From the NCBI GenBank assembly GCA_947644195.1, contig CANRZB010000007.1:7107-71106 (forward strand): a stretch of 64,000 nt of DNA, in the 5' to 3' direction. The position numbers and the translations under genes are program-made. The notes under the pieces are model-generated. The model was not told the origin of the DNA. It was given only the letters and a program-made list of their open reading frames with translations, and ran no database searches. This stretch comes from an uncultured Clostridium sp. (GTDB lineage: Bacteria > Bacillota > Clostridia > Lachnospirales > Lachnospiraceae). Below, piece after piece: positions 1 through 10,191 of this stretch. Position 1 is the first letter of the stretch. Each line of letters begins with the position of its first letter.

Positions 1-1
1 C

Positions 2-103
2 TTAAGTATCCCTACCTTAGCGGTAATGAAAAATGGAACCGTCATAAATCAGTCAGTAGGTGTAAGACCAAAGTCGGAAATCCTTGCCATGTTAGAGGGT
101 TAG
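2..103 (+). CDS. trxA: Thioredoxin, 3' end only (gene starts before the window)
   Basis: Frame 2 reads LSIPTLAVMKNGTVINQSVGVRPKSEILAMLEG*, the typical thioredoxin C-terminus with the cis-Pro SIPT motif. Not in the ORF track. Overlaps the convergent Crp gene by 12 bp. Confidence 0.8.
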   Translation, partial: LSIPTLAVMKNGTVINQSVGVRPKSEILAMLEG

Positions 104-766
104 TTTTCGAAGACGTTTTTTATCGAGAAGAACGACGCCGCCTCTGGAAACTTCTACGATACCTTCTTCTGAAAAGTATTTCAACATTCGGGACACAACT
201 TCGCGGGCAGACCCCATATAACGGGCAATCTGCCCGTGTGTTAATGTTATGGTATCCGAACCAATTCTTGAGGATTCATCGGAAAGAAAAATAGCCAGTC
301 GTTTATCCAAACTCATGAACAGAATTTGCTGCATGACCCACATGACGTCGGAAAATCGGTTGACAGCGGTTTCAAGGGCAAAAATTTTGACTTCGGGGTT
401 TTGCTCTGAAACACTAGCAAAAACTGGCCCGCTGATTACAAAACATTCACTGTCTTCTTCCGCATCTATGAACACATCAAATGTGATGGCGTTCAGCACG
501 CAGGAGGCAGACAACATACACAGGTCGCCTTTGTGCAGGCGGTAAAGAGTGATATCTTTTCCTTCTTCTGACATGATATATAGCCGAAGACTTCCTGACT
601 GAACAAGAATCACACCGGAACATTCTGTACCATCGTGGATATTGCTTCCCTTCGGGTAGGAGCAAGCATAGGAGTTTTGACAGATCATGTTCCGGTCTGC
701 TTCCGATATTTTATTCCAAAAAGGAAAGATTTCTTGATAAACGGATTTCAATTTTAATTCTGGCAT
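92..766 (-). CDS. Crp/Fnr family transcriptional regulator
   Basis: cNMP-binding beta-barrel followed by the HTH motif LTHGQIARYMGSAREVVSRML. Start moved to the ATG at 766, which has a GGGGAG RBS. Confidence 0.9.
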   Translation of the reverse strand: MPELKLKSVYQEIFPFWNKISEADRNMICQNSYACSYPKGSNIHDGTECSGVILVQSGSLRLYIMSEEGKDITLYRLHKGDLCMLSASCVLNAITFDVFIDAEEDSECFVISGPVFASVSEQNPEVKIFALETAVNRFSDVMWVMQQILFMSLDKRLAIFLSDESSRIGSDTITLTHGQIARYMGSAREVVSRMLKYFSEEGIVEVSRGGVVLLDKKRLRKLTL

Positions 767-1028
767 TTCTTTCTCCCCATTCTTCATAAGATGTTTTAGC
801 ATACTCTTTTACTTATTTATATTCCAATCCTATTGTGCCATGATATTTTGGAAGATTCAAGTCATTAAAAGTTCAGAGATCTATGGTATGGTTTTTTTCA
901 TAAGGATTGGAACGTAGATACTTTTTTGTTATAATGATTGGAAAAGATTTTGGGAAAAGGAGCGTAGTGTGAAGGCAATGATGATATTGCAAGTCTTCGC
1001 GACAAGTCGCTCGGAAATGAGGATTTAT

Positions 1029-1724
1029 ATGAAGAGAAATTATAGTTGTAGGCTAGAACGATATTTGAGCCTGGTCTGTATTTTGGCAGTTGCAGTGTCC
1101 CTGATGATGTCAGGTGAAAGGGTGCAGGCGAAAACGTTCAAAAAAGGGTTTACCTACCAAAAACTGCCCGCCCATATCAGGAAAAAGATTACCGGGGTTT
1201 CCTATCGAAAGAACCGCCATATCAAGTATCGGGATTTGCGTTATGTCAAGGTTAGATACTATGATTTTGACGGAGTGGTTCAGGAGGGGGAATTGATCGT
1301 GAACAAGAAAATTGCGGACAAAACGGTACGAATTTTCTATGAGTTATACAAGATCAAATATCCGATAGAACGGATTGCCCTGGTAGACGAATATGGAGCA
1401 GATGATGAAAAATCCATGCGTGCCAATAATTCTTCTGCCTTTAATTACCGCACGGTGGCAGGGACCAGCCGATTGTCGAAACATGCCCTGGGAATGGCGA
1501 TTGATATTAACCCACGGATCAATCCTTATATTAACCGTCAGGGAATTCTTACGCCAGCCAATGCAAAGATTTATCGGAACCGTGATGAAAAAAAGTGTAA
1601 AGGGAAATATGCATCCCATATGATCCAGCCGGATAGTAAAATAACAAAGATATTTAAAAAGTACGGTTTTACCTGGGGTGGAGATTGGAAATACAGCAAA
1701 GATTACCAGCATTTCCAGATGTAA
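1029..1724 (+). CDS. Secreted M15 family Zn peptidase (D-Ala-D-Ala carboxypeptidase / endolysin-like)
   Basis: SKHALGMAID (SxHxxGxAxD) and DYQH motifs, hydrophobic N-terminal signal segment, GAGG RBS before the ATG at 1029. Confidence 0.85.
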   Translation: MKRNYSCRLERYLSLVCILAVAVSLMMSGERVQAKTFKKGFTYQKLPAHIRKKITGVSYRKNRHIKYRDLRYVKVRYYDFDGVVQEGELIVNKKIADKTVRIFYELYKIKYPIERIALVDEYGADDEKSMRANNSSAFNYRTVAGTSRLSKHALGMAIDINPRINPYINRQGILTPANAKIYRNRDEKKCKGKYASHMIQPDSKITKIFKKYGFTWGGDWKYSKDYQHFQM

Positions 1725-1740
1725 GATCGGGAACATAAAA

Positions 1741-1782
1741 ATCCTCTGAACTCTTGATTTGATATTCAAAAGTTCAGAGGAT
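1741..1782. terminator. Probable bidirectional terminator between the M15 gene and tRNA-Trp
   Basis: Perfect 12-bp inverted repeat ATCCTCTGAACT / AGTTCAGAGGAT between convergent genes. Confidence 0.6.
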
Positions 1783-1792
1783 TTGTCAGTAA

Positions 1793-1863
1793 CAGGGGCA
1801 CCAGGAATCGAACCCGGCTCTGGAGTTTTGGAGACTCTTATTCTACCGATGAACTATGCCCCT
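1793..1863 (-). tRNA. trnW: tRNA-Trp (CCA), no encoded 3' CCA
   Basis: Reverse strand folds as a cloverleaf: acceptor AGGGGCA/TGCCCCT, D-arm GTTC/GAAT, anticodon loop CTCCAAA, T-loop TTCGATT. Pair 27-43 is an A-C mismatch. Confidence 0.95.
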
Positions 1864-1964
1864 ATGCAATTATGTTATGCTTGTGAAAACATACTCACAA
1901 GCGACTAGATTAGTATACATTACTATGATACAGATGTCAAGAATTTTTTATCACTGCTTCTTTC

Positions 1965-2567
1965 TTATTCGGTTTCGTATTCAAAGATATATTTTTCATA
2001 GCCATTAATTACTGTCGTGTGTTCGAGGAAATTACATTCCCGTGGCAGTTTATGATTATAATTCAGGTGCATATGGCCATGCAGGAAATACTTAGGCTGA
2101 TATTTATATAATAGCCTGCGGAATACTTTGAATCCCATATGAGGCAGGTCGTTACCGTCATTGAGCTGGTAGGCAGGTGCATGGGTTACCAGTATGTCAA
2201 AGCCCCCATGGAACAGGAGCTTTGGCAGTAGTTTCCGGACACGGCGTGTCATTTGTTTCTCAGTGTACTGGATTGTACCATAATTATACTGCATGCAGCC
2301 ACCCAGCCCCAGGATTCGTATGCCATTATATTCATAGATCGTATCATCAATGCAGATACAGCCTTCCGGTGGTGTATCAATATAACATTCGTCATGGTTG
2401 CCATGGACATACAGAACAGGTGCTTTGGTGTAGGTTGCAATGAAGGACAGGTAATGAGGTTTCAGGTCGCCGCAGGAGATTACCAGATCAATGCCGTCAA
2501 AACGGCCTTCCTCATAAAAGTCCCATAAGTATTTTGATTCCACATCTGCCAGTACAAGTATCTTCAT
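1965..2567 (-). CDS. Calcineurin-like metallophosphoesterase
   Basis: Motifs LADVES, SCGDL, HGNHD, VTHAP, HGHMH. ATGA overlap with the upstream gene. Confidence 0.9.
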   Translation of the reverse strand: MKILVLADVESKYLWDFYEEGRFDGIDLVISCGDLKPHYLSFIATYTKAPVLYVHGNHDECYIDTPPEGCICIDDTIYEYNGIRILGLGGCMQYNYGTIQYTEKQMTRRVRKLLPKLLFHGGFDILVTHAPAYQLNDGNDLPHMGFKVFRRLLYKYQPKYFLHGHMHLNYNHKLPRECNFLEHTTVINGYEKYIFEYETE

Positions 2568-4504
2568 AGTAGGGAGGTTCCTTTCTGTTCCGGTGTAGCG
2601 GTATCCAGTCCACGCAGTTCCACGACTGGTTTCGCCGAATCTTTCAGTTCCTCTAGAGTCGGTATTCGTCCCACTACGTTTTCGGCCAGCCAGTTCATGG
2701 TTAGGATATCTTCTGGATACAGTACATCCGTATCAGAAATCCGTTCGATGCTGTTCTGATCGGCAATCGGGCCCACAAAGGGATGAAAAATGCCCTGTTT
2801 GATCAAATTTTTGATCAGCCGTACCAGTTTTTTGGTCTCTGCAGGTATCCGTTTGGAACAAAATACATCAATGACGCCAGCGGATAATCCCCACCAGTAG
2901 TTCATGGCCTTGCTTTCTCCGGCAACTTCTTCCGTCGGCAGGGTTCCTTGAATGATACTATTGACCAAACGCTCGTAAAATACTCCCCAGTTATAAATTG
3001 GCATTGCCAAATTGGTTTTTTCGCCATCATGTATCGAGTACAACCCATAGTTTTTGGTATTTCCATGCGGTGCTACCATTTCCTGTGCCGAGATATAATT
3101 GATCTGTTCGTTCCAAAAGAGCTGCTCGGCGTCTGTCAGCTTTAAGGTGGACCAGGATAGATATATTTTGGCATAAGGATTTACCATTTTGGCGCCCAAT
3201 GCAAAAGCGTTTATGCTGGCGGTCATGCCGTAGATCGGATAATCTGCAATATAGCCAATTTTGTTATTTTCGCACATAGCGCCAGCGATTATGCCCGTCA
3301 GGAATTTGGCTTCATACAGACGGGTGTAATAAGTACGCACCGTGTTATGTGGAGAATTTGGTGCACAGTTTAGGAATTTAACCTGTGGGTGTGCGGTTGC
3401 TGCTTTTAAGCTTGCTTTAATCAGCTGTGGTGTGGCGGTAAATATGATGTCATATTTCTCTTTACAGATCTGTTCTAATAATTCCTCTGCCTTGGTTTCT
3501 GTATCTTCCGCCAGGAATGATTTGGTTTCCACAGCGTCCCCTAATACGCTGTCCAGGTGCAGACGGCCCAATTCGTGGCCATAGATCCAGTCGGACGCTT
3601 TCGGATCTTTGTCATAGACAAACGCTATTTTTTTCTTGGCCGGGATAATTTTATTAATTACGGATTTAACGACATTTGTACTCTCCTTGGGATCCATTAC
3701 CAGCTCAACGGTATCTTCCCCGGTCAGCAAAATAATTTCCGGCCAGATTTTGTCCAGATGCTTCTTGATCTGTGCCATCGTCAGTTCTTTTGCTTCGCTG
3801 TAGGAATAGAGGGAGAGATAAAAGAGTAACGCATCTCCGCAAGTGATATTTTCCAGTTTCAGTCCACCCTTTTCCTTGTAGGCTTTGTAAAAGATAGAAT
3901 GGAAGGAGGAAAAGTCCAGCCGTTCCACATCGGTCCATTTCTGTGTTTTATCCTTGCCGGTCGCTTTCAGCAGTTTTTCATAGCTGCCCAGCTTAGAAAA
4001 CTGAACATAACTGATTTTAGTCAAGTCATAAAAATCCATAAATTCATAGTAAATCTGTATCTCCAAATCATCACTTTTCTTTGGAACTTTTCGGATGACT
4101 TCGGCAACGACCGTCGGAGAATCCAGGTATTTTAATACACTGACACGTTTATTGCCCTCAATGACATAGTATTTGTTAAGATATTCATATACTTTGATGG
4201 CATCCCGGATTCCTTCCTCCACCTGCGCATCCTGCAGAACAGACCATTTGTTGGCAAATTCGCTGCCAAAATCCAGCAGTGGCATAAAATTAGAGGCAAA
4301 CGCATTGGTTCTGCCGGCTGTGCTGGTACCGATGACCTGATATAAACGGATATCCATGATGCCAAGATTGATTTCACATTCGGTATCGGTTAAGGACAAG
4401 ATATCATCCAAAACCGGGAGATAAGGATACAGGCCTTTGGCAATATTCTTTTTAAATGCTTTTTGTCCTGCTTTTTGTGCTTTCAAATATTCTTCGTAAG
4501 CCAT
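2564..4504 (-). CDS. Fusion of an N-terminal ParB/Srx-like domain and a C-terminal BMP/PnrA-type ligand-binding domain, apparently cytoplasmic
   Basis: N-terminal YYVIEGNKRVSV matches the ParB/Srx GxxR motif. The C-terminal half has BMP-family motifs (YTRLYEAKFLTGIIAG, IGYIADYP, INAFALGA). No signal peptide or lipobox. Confidence 0.7.
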   Translation of the reverse strand: MAYEEYLKAQKAGQKAFKKNIAKGLYPYLPVLDDILSLTDTECEINLGIMDIRLYQVIGTSTAGRTNAFASNFMPLLDFGSEFANKWSVLQDAQVEEGIRDAIKVYEYLNKYYVIEGNKRVSVLKYLDSPTVVAEVIRKVPKKSDDLEIQIYYEFMDFYDLTKISYVQFSKLGSYEKLLKATGKDKTQKWTDVERLDFSSFHSIFYKAYKEKGGLKLENITCGDALLFYLSLYSYSEAKELTMAQIKKHLDKIWPEIILLTGEDTVELVMDPKESTNVVKSVINKIIPAKKKIAFVYDKDPKASDWIYGHELGRLHLDSVLGDAVETKSFLAEDTETKAEELLEQICKEKYDIIFTATPQLIKASLKAATAHPQVKFLNCAPNSPHNTVRTYYTRLYEAKFLTGIIAGAMCENNKIGYIADYPIYGMTASINAFALGAKMVNPYAKIYLSWSTLKLTDAEQLFWNEQINYISAQEMVAPHGNTKNYGLYSIHDGEKTNLAMPIYNWGVFYERLVNSIIQGTLPTEEVAGESKAMNYWWGLSAGVIDVFCSKRIPAETKKLVRLIKNLIKQGIFHPFVGPIADQNSIERISDTDVLYPEDILTMNWLAENVVGRIPTLEELKDSAKPVVELRGLDTATPEQKGTSLL

Positions 4505-5055
4505 GTATTTCTCCTTTCTATTCTTTCAAATTTTGTTATGTAGCGTTATTTAGAGCAAAGGGTTATATTCATTTACCCAGTGCCGAAAAAAGGGAAACCC
4601 TGCAAATTTTCATTGCCTATCATACCATAAAGTGTGTTGGAAATGTCATCTATTTTTGTCAATTTTTCTCTTAGTTTTTGGCAAAAATGACTAGTACAGT
4701 GGCGATTAAGTTTTTGATGCGTTCTCGCAGGATGATTGTATTGGATACAAGGAGGAAAATGGATAGTTTAGTGGGTGCTACAACTAGATTTTCCGACGCA
4801 GTCGATGAACAATGGAACAAGCGAAACTGTCAGTGCTTTCGTATTCTTTGTGCCAGGTCTACGATGGATGAATGAGTATCATTCTATAGAGAAGTATGGT
4901 ATACTGGGGTTATCTCTAAATTACAGATTGCATGAAAAAGGAAGTAAGTGATAAGATAGATCTGGACAGCGATACAGACAGAATGATTCATTGTGGCAAC
5001 GGTATTTAGATATTTTGTAAAAGATTATGGATCGGAAAGCAAGAAATAGGACAGG

Positions 5056-5997
5056 ATGGACAGAAACGTGGCAGTGGAGAGACAGGAACAGAACACAGAA
5101 AAAAGCGATGGGATTAACAGGGGGGAAATGGGTTTTCTGAATGGCGGTTATTCTTTAGACCATCAGGAGTCGCCTACCGAGCGGACCAGGGAGATTGAGC
5201 GAAGTATTATCAAGAAATTCCGTAAACCAATCTGGCGGAAATTTACGAAAGCGATCAACGATTATGCATTAATTCAGGATGGGGATAAGATTGCGGTCTG
5301 TATCTCAGGTGGGAAAGATTCCATGTTGTTAGCGAAGTTGTTACAAGAGTTAAAAAGGCATGGCAGGAATAATTTTGATCTGGTCTATCTCATCATGAAT
5401 CCGGGATACCGGGAGGAGAACTGGGAATTAATTCAGCACAATGCAAAGATATTGGGAATTCCGTTGACGGTATTTGATACCCAGATCTTTGATATTGTTT
5501 CTACCGTGGAGGAAAGTCCGTGTTATCTTTGTGCCCGCATGCGCAGAGGCTATCTATATAACCATGCAAAACAGTTGGGATGTAATAAGATTGCACTGGG
5601 GCATCATTTTGATGATGTGATAGAGACTACCTTGCTGGGGATGTTATACAGCGGTAAATTTGAGACAATGATGCCGAAACTGCACAGCCAGAATTTCGAG
5701 GGGATGGAATTAATCCGTCCGATGTATCTGGTTAAGGAGGAGGCGGTCAAAGCGTGGCGGGATTATAATAAACTGCATTTTATCCAGTGTGCCTGCCGCT
5801 TTACCGAGTTGTGCGCTGGGGGAGATGGAACGCAGTATTCGAAACGGGATGAGATGAAAGAGCTGATCCGTCAGTTTCGCGCTACCAGTGATATGATTGA
5901 GACGAATATATTTAATAGTACAAAAAATGTCAATCTGGATATGCTGTTAGGATATAAACAGGATGGTATCCGGCATCATTTTCTGGACGATTATTAA
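5056..5997 (+). CDS. ttcA: TtcA family tRNA 2-thiocytidine biosynthesis protein
   Basis: PP-loop SGGKDS, PCYLCARMRRG, LGHHFDD, IRP and a C-terminal Cys pair. Confidence 0.85.
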   Translation: MDRNVAVERQEQNTEKSDGINRGEMGFLNGGYSLDHQESPTERTREIERSIIKKFRKPIWRKFTKAINDYALIQDGDKIAVCISGGKDSMLLAKLLQELKRHGRNNFDLVYLIMNPGYREENWELIQHNAKILGIPLTVFDTQIFDIVSTVEESPCYLCARMRRGYLYNHAKQLGCNKIALGHHFDDVIETTLLGMLYSGKFETMMPKLHSQNFEGMELIRPMYLVKEEAVKAWRDYNKLHFIQCACRFTELCAGGDGTQYSKRDEMKELIRQFRATSDMIETNIFNSTKNVNLDMLLGYKQDGIRHHFLDDY

Positions 5998-6011
5998 GAA
6001 ATGAGGTTTCT

Positions 6012-9000
6012 ATGAGACAATTTGATTACAATTTGATTAAGGATCCGCAAATATTTGAACAGAACCGTCTGCCGGCGCATGCGGAGCTGTCTTCGTGTTA
6101 CCGAGGGATGGGGAAGACCTCTCCTTCCGGGAAGGAAGCGGAGCTGTCGGAATCCATTCGTTTTCTTTCTTTGGATGGCGAATGGAACTTTTCGTATGCA
6201 GAAAATTATGCGCAGTCCATTCGAGGATTTGAAGCGATGGAATTTGATTGCCATGGTTGGGCAGAGATCCATGTTCCGGGACACATTCAATTACAGGGAT
6301 ACGATATACCGCATTATACGAATACGGCTTATCCCTGGGATGGCAAGGAAGATGTGGCGTTAGGCGAGGTGCCGGAGCGATTTAATCCGGTGGCAGAATA
6401 TGTAAAATATTTCGATCTGCCAAAAGAATATGTGGGACAGGAATTACGCATCTCATTCCAGGGAGTGGAGAGTGGTGCTGCAGTATGGTTGAATGGAAAT
6501 TACGTAGGATATTTCGAGAATAGTTTTGACCCAAGTGAATTTGATATCACAGAATATGTTCGTCCGGGCGAGAATAAACTGGCGGTACAGGTTTTTAAGT
6601 GGACGTCCGGCAGTTGGTGTGAGGACCAGGACTTTTTCCGTTTTTCCGGGATCTACCGTTCTGTCTATGTGTATATTGTGCCGGAGCTGCATTTGGAAGA
6701 TCTGACGGTGCGGACATTGCTGGACGATACCTATCGAGATGCTGTTTTGTCCCTGGAACTGCGGACAAATCGGGAGAATGGCACGGCGGTCGTTTCTCTA
6801 TGGGATTTTGATACTACGAGTGTAGAATCGCAAGCTATTCTGGAAGCGGAACAATCTCTCTCGGAAGGGAAACCTATGACCTTTGAGGTAAAGGAACCCA
6901 AACTGTGGAGTGCGGAACACCCGAATCTGTATTTATTGCGGATAGAATTGAGGAATGAGTCGGGGGAACGGATCGAGGAAACGACGCAGTTGGTGGGATT
7001 TCGGCGTTTTGAGATCCGGGATCATATGATGTGTCTCAATGGAAAGCGAATTGTATTTAACGGGGTAAACCGTCATGAATTTAGTGCCCATACAGGAAGG
7101 GCGGTGTCAGATGAGGAGATTTTACAGGATATCTGTACTATGAAGCAGAATAATATCAACGCAGTTCGTACCAGCCATTATCCCGATGATGTGAGAATTT
7201 ATGACTTGTGTGACCGCTATGGAATCTATCTGTTGGCAGAAAATAATATGGAGACTCATGGAACCTGGAATAGAGCAGAGGCAAAGAATAATCCGGAATT
7301 GATTATTCCGGGCGACAAGGAGATCTGGGAACCGATGCTGCTTGATCGTGTCAATTCTTGCTACCAGCGAGATAAGAACCATCCTTCTATCCTGATCTGG
7401 TCCTGTGGAAATGAATCCTATGGAGGAAAAGTAATCTGGCATATGGCAGAGTTATTCCGTCGTCTTGACCCAGATCGACTGGTACATTATGAAGGGATTT
7501 TTCAGGACCGAAGATATCCGGATACCTCGGATATGGAGAGCCAGATGTATCCTCCGGTAGAGAAGATCAAAGAGTTTTTGGAACATGACCGGAGTAAACC
7601 ATTTATTTGCTGTGAATACTCCCATGCAATGGGAAATTCCTGTGGGGCAATGCACAAATATACGGATCTGGCGAAAACGGAACCTAGTTACCAGGGGGGA
7701 TTTATTTGGGATTATATTGACCAGTCATTAGATGCCGTTGACCGCTATGGAAATCCGTATCAGGCTTATGGGGGAGATTTCGGTGATCGTCCGTCGGATG
7801 GGATTTTTAGCGGAAATGGAATTGTGTATGGGGGAGACCGCACCCCGTCTCCCAAAATGCAGGAGGTGAAATTTAATTATCAGAACATTTGTGTGAAAAT
7901 GGACGAACATTCCATTTGGGTAAGCAATCAATTTCTATTTACGGATATCAGGGAATTTCAGTGTGAGGTATCTCTGTACCGTGATGGCGTATTGCAGCAG
8001 AGGGTATCGTTAGAAACAGCAGTGCCTCCTTTGGAGCAGAGAGAGTATTCCATGCCGGAGTGGGACCGAGAGATTGCTGGGGAATACTATGTGATCGTGT
8101 CTTTTCAGATGCGGGAAGATACACTTTGGTGTCAGCAAGGGCATGAGGTGGCTTTCGGACAATTTGTCTATCCAGACAAAACCGGAGGTGAAATGAGCTG
8201 GATGCAGAGAATTTCAGCGCCAACGGAAGCAAAATTTTCTGATATTAAGGTGATTCGGGGGTTTCAAAATCTGGGTGTACGGGGAGATGGCTTTGAAATT
8301 CTGTTCTCAGATTGGGAGGGGGGCCCTATCTCCTGCAAATATGAGGGCAGAGAATATCTGAGTATTGTGCCGATGCCGAATTTCTGGCGGGCGCCAACGT
8401 CCAATGACTATGGCTGCCGGATGGAACAGAGGTATGCACAGTGGAAGATCGCCAGCCTCTATCGGTATCATCGGACGCAGGAATTCTGGGAAAAGGGAGG
8501 CTCCGAAAAGATTCAGACAGAGAATTTATTCCAGACCTCTTATACCTATCATATGGCTACGGAGCCGGCTAGTTCCTGTAACGTGACTTATACCGTATAT
8601 CGGGATGGTAGGATTCGGGTTCGTTTGTCCTATGATCCGGTTCCAGAACTGGGAGATATGCCGGAATTTGGCATGATGTTTATACTGGATGCGGCTTTGG
8701 ATCAAGTGGAGTGGTATGGTCTTGGGCCGGAGGAAACCTATGCCGACCGCAAACATGGTGGGAAATTGGGGATTTATCGGAACCGTGTCACAGACAATAT
8801 GGCAAAATATCTGATGCCGCAGGAATGTGGAAATAAAGAAGGAGTGCGGTATCTAAAAGTCACAGATGCAGAAGGGAAGGGCCTGATGGTCAGCGGAGAC
8901 AGCTTGAGTGTATCAGTTCTGCCCTATACGCCCCATGAGTTGGAATATGCTAACCATAGCTATGAGCTGCCGCCGGTTCATCATACGGTGCTGCGGGTAG

Positions 9001-9119
9001 CCAAAGCGCAGATGGGGATTGGAGGAGATGATAGTTGGGGCGCCAAAGTGCATCCGGAATATCGGATTGATGTCTCTCAAAGAGTGGAATTTCAGTTTAT
9101 CATCCAGGGCGTGTCCTAA
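6012..9119 (+). CDS. lacZ: Beta-galactosidase, GH2 (LacZ/EbgA type)
   Basis: NAVRTSHYP, WSCGNES (acid/base), CEYSHAMGNS (nucleophile), GGFIWD, and a C-terminal small-chain domain. Confidence 0.9.
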   Translation: MRQFDYNLIKDPQIFEQNRLPAHAELSSCYRGMGKTSPSGKEAELSESIRFLSLDGEWNFSYAENYAQSIRGFEAMEFDCHGWAEIHVPGHIQLQGYDIPHYTNTAYPWDGKEDVALGEVPERFNPVAEYVKYFDLPKEYVGQELRISFQGVESGAAVWLNGNYVGYFENSFDPSEFDITEYVRPGENKLAVQVFKWTSGSWCEDQDFFRFSGIYRSVYVYIVPELHLEDLTVRTLLDDTYRDAVLSLELRTNRENGTAVVSLWDFDTTSVESQAILEAEQSLSEGKPMTFEVKEPKLWSAEHPNLYLLRIELRNESGERIEETTQLVGFRRFEIRDHMMCLNGKRIVFNGVNRHEFSAHTGRAVSDEEILQDICTMKQNNINAVRTSHYPDDVRIYDLCDRYGIYLLAENNMETHGTWNRAEAKNNPELIIPGDKEIWEPMLLDRVNSCYQRDKNHPSILIWSCGNESYGGKVIWHMAELFRRLDPDRLVHYEGIFQDRRYPDTSDMESQMYPPVEKIKEFLEHDRSKPFICCEYSHAMGNSCGAMHKYTDLAKTEPSYQGGFIWDYIDQSLDAVDRYGNPYQAYGGDFGDRPSDGIFSGNGIVYGGDRTPSPKMQEVKFNYQNICVKMDEHSIWVSNQFLFTDIREFQCEVSLYRDGVLQQRVSLETAVPPLEQREYSMPEWDREIAGEYYVIVSFQMREDTLWCQQGHEVAFGQFVYPDKTGGEMSWMQRISAPTEAKFSDIKVIRGFQNLGVRGDGFEILFSDWEGGPISCKYEGREYLSIVPMPNFWRAPTSNDYGCRMEQRYAQWKIASLYRYHRTQEFWEKGGSEKIQTENLFQTSYTYHMATEPASSCNVTYTVYRDGRIRVRLSYDPVPELGDMPEFGMMFILDAALDQVEWYGLGPEETYADRKHGGKLGIYRNRVTDNMAKYLMPQECGNKEGVRYLKVTDAEGKGLMVSGDSLSVSVLPYTPHELEYANHSYELPPVHHTVLRVAKAQMGIGGDDSWGAKVHPEYRIDVSQRVEFQFIIQGVS

Positions 9120-9195
9120 GTGAATGTAAGACACAAAAGAAACAGGGAAGCATTTTTGATGGGGAAGCTTTGCACGGTTTCCTGGAACGACAGAA

Positions 9196-10158
9196 ATGGA
9201 GAATACGATGGAGATGATAGAAGTGGCAGGAAAGGCTGCCCGGATACAAAATAATATTGCCAGAGTAATTATTGGGAAAGATCAGGTCATTCGCCAGATG
9301 CTTGCCGCTCTGTTAGCGGGTGGACATGTTCTGGTAGAGGATACGCCAGGAACGGGAAAAACCATGCTGTCCAAGGCTTTGGCAGCATCCATGGACGCTG
9401 GTTTTGGCAGGATTCAGTTTACACCGGATCTGTTACCGGCGGATGTGACCGGCTTAAATGTTTACAACCAGAAGACGATGACATTTGATTTTACGCCGGG
9501 ACCGGTGTTTACTAATATCCTCCTGGCGGATGAGATTAACCGGGCGACGCCGAGGACGCAGTCCAGTTTATTGGAATGTATGGAAGAAAAACAGGTCACG
9601 GTAGACGGAGAAACGAGAAAATTGGCCGAGCCATTTTTCCTGATTGCCACACAGAACCCGGTGGAGACAGCCGGCACCTATCCTCTGCCGGAAGCGCAGA
9701 TGGATCGGTTTGCGATGCAGTTATCCATGGGTTATCCAACGATGGAGGAAGAATTGAAAATTATGGACCGCTATATCAACGACAATCCTCTGGAGGAATT
9801 AAAGCCGGTCTGTACGTCGGCAGAGGTGATAGAAATGCGGGATGCGTGCAGACAGGTATTTGTGCATGACTGCGTGAGAAAATATATGGCACAGATCATC
9901 CAGGCAACCAGGGAACACAGCTCGTTATCTATTGGGGTCAATCCTCGGGGAACACTGGCGTATCTTCGTTGTGTGCAGGCATATGCGGCAATCCAGGGCA
10001 GGGAGTATGTGACGCCGGACGATGTCAAGGCGCTGTGTGTCCCGGTATTGGCACATCGGTTATTATCCTACGCAACTAATCAGAGTGGGGCAGTACAGAA
10101 TATCCTGGAGGAAATTATGGGTAGGATTCCGGTGCCGACAGAAGATTGGAGCAAATAA
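9196..10158 (+). CDS. MoxR family AAA+ ATPase
   Basis: EDTPGTGKT, RIQFTPDLLPAD, LADEINRATPRTQSSLLE, ATQNP, PLPEAQMDRF. Confidence 0.95.
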   Translation: MENTMEMIEVAGKAARIQNNIARVIIGKDQVIRQMLAALLAGGHVLVEDTPGTGKTMLSKALAASMDAGFGRIQFTPDLLPADVTGLNVYNQKTMTFDFTPGPVFTNILLADEINRATPRTQSSLLECMEEKQVTVDGETRKLAEPFFLIATQNPVETAGTYPLPEAQMDRFAMQLSMGYPTMEEELKIMDRYINDNPLEELKPVCTSAEVIEMRDACRQVFVHDCVRKYMAQIIQATREHSSLSIGVNPRGTLAYLRCVQAYAAIQGREYVTPDDVKALCVPVLAHRLLSYATNQSGAVQNILEEIMGRIPVPTEDWSK

Positions 10159-10191
10159 CGGCAGCCTCGGATGGGCAGAAGGGAAGGAAGC

